From Bacteroidales bacterium (GTDB lineage Bacteria; Bacteroidota; Bacteroidia; Bacteroidales; VadinHA17): 64,000 nt of DNA. The stretch is taken from positions 4,203 to 68,202 of the forward strand of contig JAVEXM010000001.1 in the NCBI GenBank assembly GCA_034004025.1, written 5' to 3'. Position 1 is the first letter of the stretch; every line of letters starts with the position of its first letter. The position numbers were made by a program, and so were the translations under genes. Shown piece after piece: positions 28,455 to 39,436 of the stretch. The notes beneath the pieces were generated by a model. It was not told the DNA's origin and did not search any database. It was given only the letters and a program-made list of their open reading frames with translations.

Positions 28455-31046
28455 ATGAATTTTGAAAATTTTACAATTAAAGCTCAGGAATCGGTTCAGA
28501 AGGCGGCTGAGGTAGCTGCCGGAAAGGGGCATCAGGCCATCGAGTGCGGGCATCTGCTCAAGGGGATGGTCACCGAGGCCGAAAGCATAGTGTCATACAT
28601 ACTCTCAAAGAACGGTGTCAACAGCCCCGTTTTTAACAAGGCCGTTGATGATCTTATTGAGAGCTATCCCCGTGTAAGCGGCGGCGAACCCTATTTCTCG
28701 CAGGCCTGTTCTTCGGTCTTCAGCCGTGCGGCAGATCACGCCGCGAAGATGCAGGACCGGTTTGTGTCTGTTGAGCACATCCTCCTTGCAATACCGGAGG
28801 GATCAGATGCTGCCGCCAGGCTGATGAAGGAGCAGGGTATCACCCCTGACACCCTCAATGCAGCCATACGTGACCTGCGCAAGGGTGCGAAGGTCACCGG
28901 CCAGTCGCAGGAGGAGACCTACGACTCCCTGAACCGTTATGCCATCGACCTGAATGAGCGTGCACGCGTTGGCAAGCTCGATCCTGTCATCGGAAGGGAT
29001 GAAGAGATAAGGCGTGTGCTGCAGATTCTATCACGCCGCTCAAAGAACAACCCCATCCTCATCGGGGAGCCCGGCGTCGGCAAGACCGCCATAGCCGAGG
29101 GACTGGCCCACCGTATTGTCCGCGGAGACGTACCCGAGGGCCTTCTTGACAGGAAGATCTATTCGCTTGATATGGGAGCCCTGATAGCAGGGGCAAAATA
29201 CAAGGGGGAGTTTGAGGAGAGGCTCAAATCAGTTGTTAATGAGGTGATAGCCTCTGACGGCGAAGTGATCCTCTTCATTGACGAGATACACACTCTCGTC
29301 GGTGCCGGCAAGGGAGAGGGGGCCATGGATGCCGCCAACATACTCAAGCCGGCGCTGGCCAAGGGTGAGCTGCGGGCCATCGGGGCCACCACACTGAGTG
29401 AGTACCAGAAGTACTTTGAGACAGACAAGGCCCTGCAGCGCCGCTTCCAGGTGGTCATGATAAATGAGCCCGACAGGGCTGACGCCATCTCAATACTGCG
29501 CGGCCTGAGGGAGAAGTACGAGGCACATCACAAGGTGATAATAAGGGATGAAGCTATCATTGCGGCCGTTGACCTGTCATACAGGTACATCACTGACAGG
29601 TTTCTTCCTGACAAGGCTATAGATCTTATCGATGAGGCCGCTGCCCGTCTCAGGCTGGAGATGAACTCCGTGCCGGAGGAGATAGACAGTGCCGACAGGC
29701 TCATCAGGCAGCTGGAGATAGAGCGTGAGGCCGTTCGCCGTGACGGTGATTCTGTCAAGGAGAAGGAGCTCTCGAAGGAGATAGCCGACCTCGCTGCAAA
29801 CCGCGATGAGCTGAAGGCCCGCTGGCGCTCGGAGAAGGATCTTGTCGAGAGCCTGCAGAAGAAGAAGCAGGAGGCTGAGGAACTGCGGTTCCAGGCTGAG
29901 AGCGCTGAGAGAGCGGGCGACTACGGCAGGGTGGCCGAGATACGTTACGGACGTCTGGTGGAGAATGAGAGCGAGTCAGCCGCACTGCAGAAAGAGATAG
30001 AGGAGAAGAGGGGTACGGGTTCAATGGTTCGCGATGATGTGCGTGCCGACGACATCGCCGAGATCGTCTCACGCTGGACAGGCATACAGGTATCACGTAT
30101 GCTCGAGAGCGAGAGGGACAAGCTCCTGAGGCTCGAGGAGGAGCTGCACAAAAGGGTCGTAGGACAGGATGAGGCCATAGCCGCCGTCTCTGATGCCGTG
30201 CGCAGATCAAGGGCAGGTCTTCAGGATGACAAGAAGCCTGTGGGCTCATTCATCTTCCTGGGTACCACGGGCGTGGGAAAGACAGAGCTGGCAAGGGCAC
30301 TGGCGGAATACCTCTTCAACAATGAGAACCTGATGACACGCATAGACATGACCGAATACCAGGAGAGACACAGTGTCTCCAGGCTTGTGGGAGCACCTCC
30401 CGGGTATGTGGGTTATGACGAGGGAGGGCAGCTGACAGAGGCAATAAGGCACAAGCCCTATTCCGTGGTTCTCCTCGATGAGATTGAGAAGGCGCATCCC
30501 GATGTATTCAATATCCTGCTCCAGGTACTGGACGACGGGAGGCTTACGGACAACAAGGGGCGTACTGTCAATTTCCGTAACACAATTGTCATAATGACCT
30601 CCAACCTCGGCTCTTCGCTTATACGCGAGAGCATCGGCGAGAGCAACGGCGAGCTCAGTGAGGATAAGGCTGATAAACTGAAGAATGAGATGGTACAGCT
30701 TCTCAGGAACACCCTGAGACCCGAGTTTGTCAACCGTGTGGACGAGATCGTCATGTTCAGGCCTCTGACTGTGGAACAGATACGCGAGATAGTAAGGCTG
30801 CAGTTCGGAAGAGTGGCCCGGATGCTTGAGGAGAAGGGCATCAGGAGTGAGCTGACGGAGAGGGCGGTAGAGTGGCTTGCCGACAAAGGGTTTGATCCCC
30901 TCTTCGGGGCACGGCCGGTGAAGAGACTGATACAGAAGGAGATAGTTAATGAGCTCTCAAAGGCAATAATTGCCGGCGAGGTTGACAGGGAGAAGACGGT
31001 AAGGATAGATATTCAGGGGGGTAACCTGGTTATCACCAACGGTTAG
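28455..31046 (+). CDS. clpB: ATP-dependent chaperone ClpB
   Basis: 863 aa with a Clp N-domain, two AAA+ P-loops ([16 protein letters not shown]) and a long coiled-coil middle domain. Confidence 0.95.
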   Translation: MNFENFTIKAQESVQKAAEVAAGKGHQAIECGHLLKGMVTEAESIVSYILSKNGVNSPVFNKAVDDLIESYPRVSGGEPYFSQACSSVFSRAADHAAKMQDRFVSVEHILLAIPEGSDAAARLMKEQGITPDTLNAAIRDLRKGAKVTGQSQEETYDSLNRYAIDLNERARVGKLDPVIGRDEEIRRVLQILSRRSKNNPILIGEPGVGKTAIAEGLAHRIVRGDVPEGLLDRKIYSLDMGALIAGAKYKGEFEERLKSVVNEVIASDGEVILFIDEIHTLVGAGKGEGAMDAANILKPALAKGELRAIGATTLSEYQKYFETDKALQRRFQVVMINEPDRADAISILRGLREKYEAHHKVIIRDEAIIAAVDLSYRYITDRFLPDKAIDLIDEAAARLRLEMNSVPEEIDSADRLIRQLEIEREAVRRDGDSVKEKELSKEIADLAANRDELKARWRSEKDLVESLQKKKQEAEELRFQAESAERAGDYGRVAEIRYGRLVENESESAALQKEIEEKRGTGSMVRDDVRADDIAEIVSRWTGIQVSRMLESERDKLLRLEEELHKRVVGQDEAIAAVSDAVRRSRAGLQDDKKPVGSFIFLGTTGVGKTELARALAEYLFNNENLMTRIDMTEYQERHSVSRLVGAPPGYVGYDEGGQLTEAIRHKPYSVVLLDEIEKAHPDVFNILLQVLDDGRLTDNKGRTVNFRNTIVIMTSNLGSSLIRESIGESNGELSEDKADKLKNEMVQLLRNTLRPEFVNRVDEIVMFRPLTVEQIREIVRLQFGRVARMLEEKGIRSELTERAVEWLADKGFDPLFGARPVKRLIQKEIVNELSKAIIAGEVDREKTVRIDIQGGNLVITNG

Positions 31047-31393
31047 TACGAGGGTCCGTTACGGTAACTCTCAAGGCAGCTCTCGCGGTCAGTGTGTATG
31101 TCAAGGGCTTTGTGAAGCTGAAGGAGCTCAAAGAGCTCCCTGGCTGACTCTGACAGGCCGCAGAGCCTGATGGAGCAGTAGTTGGAGTGTGAGACCCTCA
31201 GCAGGTGAAGTATCATGGCAAAAGCGGTACTGTCGAGGTAGTTGACACCGTCAAGGTCCAGGACAACCTTTGTGTAGGGTGTCTCAAAAAGCTTTAATAT
31301 TCCAGGCCTGATGGCGTCAATATTCAGGGCATTGATCCTGTCAGTTGTGAAGCTGATCACCTCAATGCCGTCAATTTTTTCTGAGGTCACCAT
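31043..31393 (-). CDS. STAS domain protein (anti-sigma-factor-antagonist-like)
   Basis: 116 aa with DLDGVNYLDSTAFAMIL, the conserved Ser context. Its stop codon overlaps the clpB stop; the convergent genes overlap by 4 nt. Confidence 0.75.
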   Translation of the reverse strand: MVTSEKIDGIEVISFTTDRINALNIDAIRPGILKLFETPYTKVVLDLDGVNYLDSTAFAMILHLLRVSHSNYCSIRLCGLSESARELFELLQLHKALDIHTDRESCLESYRNGPSY

Positions 31394-31399
31394 TGGAAA

Positions 31400-31753
31400 C
31401 TACTTTGACCTGGAAAGATAGTCGTTGATCTCTGCCGTCACCGTTGAGGCATCATCCCGGAACTTCTGTATGAACTCCCCGTAGCGTTCCTTCTGTTCAC
31501 CGGCCTTGGCCAGCAGCTCAAACTCCTTGAGCATTTTGGAGGTATCCTCCATGCCCATCACTGATACTGAGCCTTTAGCCTTGTGTGCAAGCAGCCCCAG
31601 CTCATAGTATTTTTCATTTTCGAGCAGCTCATTCATCTCCGCCACAAACTCCGGGATCTGGCTCATGAAGATGCCGGCTATCTCCTCCATCGTGGCAGGG
31701 TCTCCTCCGGTGACGTTGATCAGGTATTCGGGATTGAATATGGTATATTCCAT
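31400..31753 (-). CDS. stand-alone Hpt (histidine phosphotransfer) domain protein
   Basis: LAHKAKGSVSVMG fits the Hpt HxxKG motif. I prefer the start at 31753 (MEYTIFNPEY...) because a TATATTTG -7 motif lies inside the longer ORF-track extension. Confidence 0.75.
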   Translation of the reverse strand: MEYTIFNPEYLINVTGGDPATMEEIAGIFMSQIPEFVAEMNELLENEKYYELGLLAHKAKGSVSVMGMEDTSKMLKEFELLAKAGEQKERYGEFIQKFRDDASTVTAEINDYLSRSK

Positions 31754-31777
31754 TTTCAGCAACTTTGGTTCCGGATA

Positions 31778-31785
31778 CAAATATA
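31778..31785 (-). promoter_or_regulatory. Bacteroidota -7 promoter motif (TAnnTTTG, minus strand) upstream of the Hpt gene
   Basis: The plus strand reads caaatata, which is TATATTTG on the minus strand. It lies 25 nt upstream of the ATG at 31753. Confidence 0.5.
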
Positions 31786-31905
31786 GAAATAATGTAACCT
31801 TCAGCCTCTCAGGAGTCTCTAAAAGAGCCCTGTCAAACATGATTTATCGCATCTATTATTCTGGTTAAAAATGATACTTTTGCTTAAGATACTAAAAGTT
31901 TTGTC

Positions 31906-33018
31906 ATGAAAAATACTCCGTTTCTTAAGTACCATGAGGCCCTGGGTGCCAGAATCATTCCTTTTGCCGGTTACAATATGCCCGTGGAGTATGCGGGGAT
32001 CACTGAGGAGCATGTTACCGTGAGGGAGAAAGTGGGTGTCTTTGATGTCTCGCACATGGGTGAGTTCTGGGTAAACGGACCGCGGGCGCTTGATTTCCTG
32101 CAATACATCACCACAAATGATGTGTCGGCCCTGACTGACGGCAAGGTGCAGTATACATGTTTCCCCAACGGCAGGGGAGGTATCGTTGACGATCTTCTCA
32201 TCTATCGCTTCAGTGCGGAGAAGTATCTGCTCGTGGTCAATGCGGCAAACATTGAGAAGGACTGGGAATGGTGTGTCAGCCATGCCGGGCGTTTCGGCAT
32301 TGAAGCCGGTCCGGGCAAGGATCTGCACAATGCTTCCGAATGGACTGCCCAGCTGGCAATACAGGGTCCGCTGGCCCTGCAGGCTATGCAGAAGCTGACG
32401 GAGGAGTCAGTGACGGACATGGATTACTATACCTTTAAGGTGCTTACATTTGCCGGGATTGAGAAGGTTATCTTCTCCACCACAGGATATACAGGTGCGG
32501 GCGGATGTGAGATATACATCAGGAATGAGGATGCCCCCCGTCTCTGGGAGGCGGTCTTCAAGGCGGGAGAAGAGTTTGGCATCAGGCCGGTGGGCCTGGG
32601 TGCCAGGGACACACTGCGCCTTGAGATGGGCTTCTGTCTCTACGGCAATGATATAAATGATACCACTTCACCCATTGAGGCAGGCCTGGGCTGGATCACG
32701 AAATTCGTGCCCGGCAAGGACTTTATTGACAGGGAGTTGCTGCTCAGACACAAGGAGGAGGGCACGGGACGGCGCCTGAAGGGTTTTGTGATGGTCGACA
32801 AGGGTATCCCCAGACAGCATTATGAGGTTGTTGATGCTGAAGGTAACAACATAGGAGAGGTCACCTCAGGGACAATGTCACCGATGCTGAAACAGGGTAT
32901 AGGGATGGCATACCTGAACCGTAACTTCTGGAAAACTGACACAGAGATATTTATACGCGTCAGGGGAAAGGACCTTAAGGCAAAGGTTGTAACCCTGCCA
33001 TTCTATAAGAAACAGTAA
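31906..33018 (+). CDS. gcvT: glycine cleavage system aminomethyltransferase GcvT
   Basis: 370 aa. The N-terminal [26 protein letters not shown] is typical, as are the length and the C-terminal barrel. Confidence 0.9.
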   Translation: MKNTPFLKYHEALGARIIPFAGYNMPVEYAGITEEHVTVREKVGVFDVSHMGEFWVNGPRALDFLQYITTNDVSALTDGKVQYTCFPNGRGGIVDDLLIYRFSAEKYLLVVNAANIEKDWEWCVSHAGRFGIEAGPGKDLHNASEWTAQLAIQGPLALQAMQKLTEESVTDMDYYTFKVLTFAGIEKVIFSTTGYTGAGGCEIYIRNEDAPRLWEAVFKAGEEFGIRPVGLGARDTLRLEMGFCLYGNDINDTTSPIEAGLGWITKFVPGKDFIDRELLLRHKEEGTGRRLKGFVMVDKGIPRQHYEVVDAEGNNIGEVTSGTMSPMLKQGIGMAYLNRNFWKTDTEIFIRVRGKDLKAKVVTLPFYKKQ

Positions 33019-33040
33019 CATCCGTTGCTCTCATCCGGAA

Positions 33041-33757
33041 ATGACACAGAAGTGGCTTGAAATATGCTTTACTCCTGCGATCTTCAGCGCGCACGCTGAT
33101 CGCGAGGCCATAATAGTGATTGTTGATGTGCTGCGTGCCACCAGCTCAATATGCAATGCCTTTGCCAACGGCGTGAAGGAGATCATTCCCGTATCGACGG
33201 TTGAGGAAGCGCGGGAGATGAAGGGAAAGGGGCATCTTCTTGCCGCTGAGCGTGACGGTTTTGTGCTCAGCTTCGCCGACTTCGGCAACTCGCCCTTCAA
33301 CTTCACAGCTGAGAAGGTGCAGGGGAGGAGTGTCGTTTACAGCACAACCAACGGCACCGGAATCATGAACAGGGCCTCTGAGTGTCATGAGGTGGTGATA
33401 GGGTCATACCTCAACTTCTCGTCGCTGTGCAACTGGCTGGAAGCACAGGAGCGAAAGGTGATCATCGTCTGCGCCGGGTGGAAGAACCGCTTCAACATTG
33501 AGGATACACTATGCGCGGGAGCCATTGCTGACAGGCTGCTTCGGGGAGGCGGGTTCAGGACAATCTGTGATTCGGTGCATGCTGCCACTGACCTGTGGAA
33601 AGTGGCAAAAGATGATCTGTTGGGATACATGGAGAAGGCAGCACAGAGATCAAGGCTCAGGGACAAGGGGCTGGATGACTGTCTTGAATTTTGTCATACA
33701 TTTGATGTAACGGAAAAGATACCGGTCCTGCGCGACGGAAAGCTTGTGGCAATGTGA
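33041..33757 (+). CDS. 2-phosphosulfolactate phosphatase (ComB) family protein
   Basis: 238 aa. The IVIVDVLRATSSI and AERDG segments resemble the ComB family. Confidence 0.7.
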   Translation: MTQKWLEICFTPAIFSAHADREAIIVIVDVLRATSSICNAFANGVKEIIPVSTVEEAREMKGKGHLLAAERDGFVLSFADFGNSPFNFTAEKVQGRSVVYSTTNGTGIMNRASECHEVVIGSYLNFSSLCNWLEAQERKVIIVCAGWKNRFNIEDTLCAGAIADRLLRGGGFRTICDSVHAATDLWKVAKDDLLGYMEKAAQRSRLRDKGLDDCLEFCHTFDVTEKIPVLRDGKLVAM

Positions 33758-33843
33758 CACGAAATGAGTGTCTCGCTGACGGCACCTCGTAACGGTCACC
33801 GGCAGAACAGAATTAACAGAGTAACAATATAAAATTATCGAAG

Positions 33844-34914
33844 ATGAAAAAACACAACTTTTATGCAGGCCCTTCTATCATGCCTCAGTATACCAATGAG
33901 AAGGTGATAGAAGCGATCAGGGATTTTGCAGGAACCGGCCTCTCAATAATGGAGATCTCACATCGCAGCAAGGAATTTGTGGCAGTGATGGACAGTGCGG
34001 TGAATCATGTCAGGGAACTGCTGGATGTTCCTGAGGGTTATTCCGTGATATTCCTCGGCGGAGGGGCAAGCCTTCAGTTTGCAATGTTGCCTATGAACCT
34101 CATGGAGAAGAAATCCGCCTACCTGAACACAGGCGAATGGGCCGGCAAGGCACTTAAAGAGGCTAAGCTGTTCGGGGAGGTTGTTGAGGTGGCTTCATCG
34201 AAAGACAAAAACTTCAACTATATCCCCAAAGGATACACGGTACCCTCTGATGCCGATTATTTTCATATCACAACCAACAATACCATTTACGGTACTGAGA
34301 TGAAGGAAGACCCTGATGTCTCAATACCCCTTGTGGCTGACATGTCGTCGGATATCTTCAGCCGTCCGGTTGATGTCTCAAAATATTCGGTCATCTATGG
34401 CGGTGCCCAGAAGAATCTTGCTCCGGCAGGGGTCACCTTTGTCATCATTAAGGACTCTGTCCTGGGCAGGGTCACCCGCCCGATTCCAACCATGCTCAAT
34501 TACAAGACCCACATTGATAAGGAGTCTATGTTCAACACTCCCCCTGTAATGGTTGTCTTTGCTGCCCTGAAGACCCTGGAATGGCTGAAGCAGAAAGGTG
34601 GTCTCAGTGCCATGCATAAGATCAACAGGGAGAAGGCAGCACTGCTGTATGATGAGATAGAGCGCAATAAGCTCTTTAAGGCTACCGTTCCCGACCACAA
34701 TGACAGATCGCTGATGAACGCATGCTTTGTCATGTCAGAAAGCTATACCGGGCTGGAGAAGGATTTTGCCGAGTTTGCCAAATCAAAAGGCATGATCGGG
34801 ATTGCCGGTCACCGGTCCGTGGGCGGGTTCCGCGCTTCACTCTACAACGCGTTGCCTGTTGAGAGTGTAAAAGCCCTGGTTGACTGCATGAAAGAGTTTG
34901 AAAACAAATACTAA
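33844..34914 (+). CDS. serC: phosphoserine aminotransferase
   Basis: 356 aa. The N-terminal [10 protein letters not shown], the GGGASLQF segment and the overall length are typical of SerC. Confidence 0.9.
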   Translation: MKKHNFYAGPSIMPQYTNEKVIEAIRDFAGTGLSIMEISHRSKEFVAVMDSAVNHVRELLDVPEGYSVIFLGGGASLQFAMLPMNLMEKKSAYLNTGEWAGKALKEAKLFGEVVEVASSKDKNFNYIPKGYTVPSDADYFHITTNNTIYGTEMKEDPDVSIPLVADMSSDIFSRPVDVSKYSVIYGGAQKNLAPAGVTFVIIKDSVLGRVTRPIPTMLNYKTHIDKESMFNTPPVMVVFAALKTLEWLKQKGGLSAMHKINREKAALLYDEIERNKLFKATVPDHNDRSLMNACFVMSESYTGLEKDFAEFAKSKGMIGIAGHRSVGGFRASLYNALPVESVKALVDCMKEFENKY

Positions 34915-34925
34915 ACCGCAGCATC

Positions 34926-35852
34926 ATGAAAATACTGGTAGCCACAGAAAAACCGTTTGCTCCCCAGGCCGTCTCGCAGATACGCGATGTGGCTGAGAAG
35001 GGCGGGCACACTCTCGCTCTCCTGGAGAAATATACCGCTCCGGAGGAGCTCCGCGCAGCTGTTGCCGATGCAGATGCAATGATAGTGCGTTCCGATATTG
35101 TCGATGCCGCCCTTCTGGCTTCCGCCCCTAAACTCAGGATAGTTGTCAGGGCCGGAGCCGGTTATGATAATCTTGATCTGAACGGATGCACTGCCTCCGG
35201 TGTCGTGGCCATGAACACCCCCGGCCAGAACTCCAACGCTGTCGCCGAGCTGGCTTTTGGCATGATGCTCTATTCTGCCCGCGGAGGCTTTAACGGCAAG
35301 ACGGGGTCAGAGCTCATGGGCAAGAGTCTCGGGCTTCATGCCTTTGGTTATGTGGGCAGATGCATGGCCAGGATAGCTGCCGGCTTCGGAATGGAGATCT
35401 ACGCATACGATCCGTTTGTAGATCACAAGGCAATACGTGATGCAGGTGTGACACCCGTTGACACGATCGAGGAACTCTACTCCACATGTCAGTACGTCTC
35501 ACTTCATATACCGGCCAACGAGAAGACCAGGGGCTCCATCGGCGAAAAACTGATCTCACTGATGCCGGCCGGCGGGGTGCTGGTGAATACTGCCCGCAAG
35601 GAGGTCATCAATGAGGCTGAGCTCGCAGCAATGATGGAGAAGAGGAGTGACATTAAGTATCTTTCCGATGTCGCGCCTGACAACGCCTCTCTCTTTGCCG
35701 AGAAGTTTGCCGGACGCTATTTCTTTACACCGAAGAAGATGGGTGCACAGACGGAAGAGGCAAATATCAACGCCGGCGTCGCCGCCGCAAGACAGATAGT
35801 AGCTTTCTTTGCTACCGGAGACGAAACCTGCAGAGTAAACAAACCCAAATAG
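34926..35852 (+). CDS. serA: D-3-phosphoglycerate dehydrogenase (short D-2-hydroxyacid dehydrogenase type)
   Basis: 308 aa with RAGAGYDNLD and the NAD-binding LGLHAFGYVGR. It is adjacent to serC. Confidence 0.8.
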   Translation: MKILVATEKPFAPQAVSQIRDVAEKGGHTLALLEKYTAPEELRAAVADADAMIVRSDIVDAALLASAPKLRIVVRAGAGYDNLDLNGCTASGVVAMNTPGQNSNAVAELAFGMMLYSARGGFNGKTGSELMGKSLGLHAFGYVGRCMARIAAGFGMEIYAYDPFVDHKAIRDAGVTPVDTIEELYSTCQYVSLHIPANEKTRGSIGEKLISLMPAGGVLVNTARKEVINEAELAAMMEKRSDIKYLSDVAPDNASLFAEKFAGRYFFTPKKMGAQTEEANINAGVAAARQIVAFFATGDETCRVNKPK

Positions 35853-35872
35853 AAAACTGTTAATTATCAGAT

Positions 35873-37123
35873 ATGGCTTTTGTTAAACCGTTCCGGGGAC
35901 TCCGTCCGCCGGCCAGCCTGGCAGCGGAGATCGCCTGCCTGCCCTATGATGTCATGAACCCGGCAGAGGCTGCCGTCATGGCCCGGGGAAAGGAGAAATC
36001 TCTTCTGCACATCACCAAGTCAGAGATAGATCTGCCCGAGGGCACTGATGTCCATTCGGAGGAGGTCTACCGGAAGGCTTTTGAGAACTTCACCGCATGG
36101 CAGGAGAGAGGATGGCTCGTGCAGGATAAGTCGCCCCATTTTTATATCTATGCCCAGACAATGAAGGGACGCACGCAGTACGGCATTGTGGGTGCTGCAT
36201 CGGTGGATGACTATCTCTCTGGTGTAATCAAAAAGCATGAGCTGACCAGGCCTGACAAGGAGGAAGACCGTATGGTTCATGTGCGGTCCAACAATGCCAA
36301 CATTGAGCCTGTATTCTTTGCATACCCTGCTGTCAGGGAGCTCGATGCCATTGTGGAACGGATCGTCAGCAAGGAAAAGCCGGAATACGATTTTGTGGCT
36401 GAAGACAGAATAGGTCATCACTTCTGGGTTGTGCGGGATAAGAAGACCAATGCCTCAATTGAAAGGATCTTTGCCGAAAAGGTGCCTTTCATGTATGTGG
36501 CCGACGGGCATCACAGGACAGCTGCTGCCGCACTGGTCGGCAAGGAGAAGAGGGAACGAAACCCGGCACACCGGGGGGACGAGGAGTACAACTTCTTTCT
36601 TGCGGTGCACTTCCCGGATAATCAGCTTAAGATCCTCGACTACAACAGGGTGGTGAAGGATCTGAACGGCATGACTCCGGAACAGCTCCTTGAGAAACTG
36701 AAGGAGTCCTTCACAGTTACACCGAAGGGTACCAAAACATACCGTCCCGGCAGGCTGCACAACTTCGGGATGTACCTTGACGGACAGTGGTACAGCCTTA
36801 CTGCCATGAAGGGCACCTACGACGATTCCGACCCCATAGGCGTTCTTGACGTAACGATTCTTACAGAGCAGGTGCTTGTTCCGCTGCTTGACATCCAGGA
36901 TCTCAGAAGATCGAAACGTATAGATTTTATCGGCGGGATAAGAGGCATGGGTGAACTGAAGCGCAGGGTTGACAGTGGTGAGATGAAGGTGGCATTTGCC
37001 CTCTATCCGGTATCAATGAAGCAGCTGATAACCATCGCCGACACCGGTAATATAATGCCACCCAAGACAACCTGGTTCGAGCCCAAGCTGAGAAGCGGGC
37101 TGGTCATTCATAAACTTGACTGA
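35873..37123 (+). CDS. DUF1015 family protein
   Basis: 416 aa with N-terminal MAFVKPFRGLRP and YVADGHHR. It sits in the conserved position after serC-serA, as I remember it in Bacteroides. Confidence 0.7.
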   Translation: MAFVKPFRGLRPPASLAAEIACLPYDVMNPAEAAVMARGKEKSLLHITKSEIDLPEGTDVHSEEVYRKAFENFTAWQERGWLVQDKSPHFYIYAQTMKGRTQYGIVGAASVDDYLSGVIKKHELTRPDKEEDRMVHVRSNNANIEPVFFAYPAVRELDAIVERIVSKEKPEYDFVAEDRIGHHFWVVRDKKTNASIERIFAEKVPFMYVADGHHRTAAAALVGKEKRERNPAHRGDEEYNFFLAVHFPDNQLKILDYNRVVKDLNGMTPEQLLEKLKESFTVTPKGTKTYRPGRLHNFGMYLDGQWYSLTAMKGTYDDSDPIGVLDVTILTEQVLVPLLDIQDLRRSKRIDFIGGIRGMGELKRRVDSGEMKVAFALYPVSMKQLITIADTGNIMPPKTTWFEPKLRSGLVIHKLD

Positions 37124-37141
37124 CGGGGTTCGTCAGGCATT

Positions 37142-37816
37142 ATGGATACAATTGCAACGAATATTGAAAATCTGCTGAGGGAGCTTCCCCCGGAGGTGAA
37201 GGTCGTTGCAGTAACCAAAACCCGCACTGCCGGGGAGGCCATGGAAGCCTACATGGCAGGACTGAGGATCTTCGGCGAGAACCGTGTACAGGAGCTTGGA
37301 GCCAAAAAAGATCTGCTTCCTGATGATGTTATATGGCATCTCATTGGGCACCTGCAGTCAAACAAGGTGAAGCAGGCGGTAGCCATGGCCTCAATGATTG
37401 AGTCCGTGGATTCGCTGAAGCTGCTGGCAAAGATTGATGACGAAGCGGTCAGACAGGATAAGCAGATCGATTGCCTGCTGCAGTTCCACATTGCCTCCGA
37501 GGAGACAAAACAGGGTTTCGGCATTGAGGAGGCCGACAGCACCGACTGGAAGGAGGTTGCAGCATCGCTGCGTGCCATACGGATATGCGGTGTCATGGGA
37601 ATGGCAACCTTCACTGATGATATTGAACAGGTGAGGAGAGAATTCCGGATGCTGTCGCTGATCTTCAGAAACATACGCGACAGGCACTTCAGCGACAGGG
37701 ATTTCTTCAGGGAGATATCAATGGGAATGACAGGCGACTGGCCCCTCGCCGTTGAGGAGGGGAGCACCATGATCAGGGTAGGAACACTTATATTTGGAGA
37801 ACGAATTATCAAATAA
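37142..37816 (+). CDS. YggS family pyridoxal-phosphate homeostasis protein
   Basis: 224 aa. VAVTKTRT contains the PLP Lys, and the FGENRVQE, HLIGHLQSNK and MGMTGD motifs are present. Confidence 0.85.
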   Translation: MDTIATNIENLLRELPPEVKVVAVTKTRTAGEAMEAYMAGLRIFGENRVQELGAKKDLLPDDVIWHLIGHLQSNKVKQAVAMASMIESVDSLKLLAKIDDEAVRQDKQIDCLLQFHIASEETKQGFGIEEADSTDWKEVAASLRAIRICGVMGMATFTDDIEQVRREFRMLSLIFRNIRDRHFSDRDFFREISMGMTGDWPLAVEEGSTMIRVGTLIFGERIIK

Positions 37817-37817
37817 A

Positions 37818-38795
37818 ATGAGCACAATCAGTACACGTTACATGGGACTCAATCTTAAGAGTCCTGTCATAGCCGGGAGTTCGAATTTCACATCCAAGGT
37901 TGATTCAATAAAGGAAGCTGAGGCAGCGGGTGCCGGGGCTGTCGTCCTCAAATCACTGTTTGAGGAGCAGATAGTCTCCCTGGCTCATTCGATGTCCTCA
38001 GAAGGGTCATATCCCGAGGCTGACGATTACCTGCAGTACTATACCCGGACCAACAGCGTTGAAACCTATCTTGATCTGATCAGAAACGCCCGCAACAGCG
38101 TTCAGATACCGGTGATAGCCAGCATCAACTGCTTTTCCTCAAAAGGGTGGACAGATTTTGCCGTTGAGATAGAAAAAGCCGGTGCCAGCGCACTGGAGGT
38201 GAACATTTTCTTCATTCCTGTGGACCGAAACCAGAAGGCTTCTGATTCTGAAGCTCTATACTTCAGGATCATAGACAGCCTCACGAAAAAGCTGAAGATT
38301 CCAGTGACTGTAAAGATAGGCCTGCGCTTCTCCAACCTGCTCAATTTCGCATGGCAGATACATAACCACGGAGCCTCGGGCATTGTAATGTTCAACAGGT
38401 TCTATGAACCTGATTTTGATATAAACACCATGGAGGTGGTTCCTGCCTCCGTGCTCTCCAATCCTGTTGAACAACGTTATGTTCTGCGGTGGGTAGGAAT
38501 GGTCAGTGCACAGGATGTCAAGATTGACATTTCAGCCACAACCGGAGTCTATACAGGGGAAGATGCCATCAAATACCTCCTGGCCGGGGCCACCACGGTA
38601 CAGGTCTGTTCTGCACTTTACAGGAGGGGTTTCAGGGTGATAACAGAGATTAACGATGCAATCCATAAGTGGATGGATGACAAGGAGTTCAAGACCATCG
38701 ACGACTTCAGGGGGAGGCTTAACTACCGGAATATTGGCAATCCGGCTCTCTTTGAGAGATCCCAGTTCATGAAGCATTACAGCTCCTACATTTAG
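37818..38795 (+). CDS. dihydroorotate dehydrogenase-like (class 1 DHOD/DHPD-like TIM barrel) protein
   Basis: About 325 aa. The N-terminal YMGLNLKSPVIAGSS...GAGAVVLKSLFEEQ is typical of the DHOD-like family. I prefer the ATG at 37818. Confidence 0.7.
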   Translation: MSTISTRYMGLNLKSPVIAGSSNFTSKVDSIKEAEAAGAGAVVLKSLFEEQIVSLAHSMSSEGSYPEADDYLQYYTRTNSVETYLDLIRNARNSVQIPVIASINCFSSKGWTDFAVEIEKAGASALEVNIFFIPVDRNQKASDSEALYFRIIDSLTKKLKIPVTVKIGLRFSNLLNFAWQIHNHGASGIVMFNRFYEPDFDINTMEVVPASVLSNPVEQRYVLRWVGMVSAQDVKIDISATTGVYTGEDAIKYLLAGATTVQVCSALYRRGFRVITEINDAIHKWMDDKEFKTIDDFRGRLNYRNIGNPALFERSQFMKHYSSYI

Positions 38796-38802
38796 CAGGA
38801 AG

Positions 38803-39318
38803 CTACTGTTTTAGTATTGCCATCAGTTCTGCCGCCAGTTTCTGCAATGGAGTATCATATTGTGTCATTGTACTGTCAAGACGGGCTATGATCCCCGCTT
38901 TGTGGTCAGCACTGATTGTCTCTGAACAGTTTTCCAAAACGGTAAAGCACTCGAGGGAGGTCATATAATCTCCCCACATGAAAGCTTCGCCCAATTCCAC
39001 GGCATATTCCGAGTAGTCGAGTCCCGACTGCCAGCATGAAGATGCCAGCATAGCCTTTGTTTCCGGCTTCTTTACACTGTCAAGAGATCCGATGACCTCA
39101 GGGCGTCCCGATCTTTCCTTCATGTCATTGAAAAATGCCGCAATTGCAGATTTTATCTCCTCCCTGTCGGTCTCATCGTAGAATCGGGCCAGAAGCATGA
39201 TCGCCCCCTCAAAAGGTTCTTCTGCCCTCAGCATACTAATCCGGTCATTTATCTCGTTATACTTTCCGTTACTGAGTATTCTGCGGAGCTCGGCAAGTTT
39301 CTTTTCAGACTTAATCAT
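38803..39318 (-). CDS. hypothetical protein (helical, no recognised motif)
   Basis: A 171-aa ORF with coding-like composition, convergent with the DHOD-like gene across only 7 nt. Confidence 0.55.
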   Translation of the reverse strand: MIKSEKKLAELRRILSNGKYNEINDRISMLRAEEPFEGAIMLLARFYDETDREEIKSAIAAFFNDMKERSGRPEVIGSLDSVKKPETKAMLASSCWQSGLDYSEYAVELGEAFMWGDYMTSLECFTVLENCSETISADHKAGIIARLDSTMTQYDTPLQKLAAELMAILKQ

Positions 39319-39436
39319 TATGGTTAATTTTGAACAAATTTATGTGTAATAATAACTTAAGGGCACATTTGATTATAAAAAAAATAAGTGTAATTTGGTC
39401 GGGTGTAAGCCTGTGAACTCTAAAAACAAGATCATT

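Noticed and set aside
31841-31905. A glycine riboswitch upstream of gcvT
   Set aside because: Only about 65 nt lie between the longest upstream ORF-track model and the gcvT ATG, or about 150 nt with my shorter Hpt start. I found none of the conserved glycine-aptamer segments. The region is AT-rich and looks like promoter DNA.
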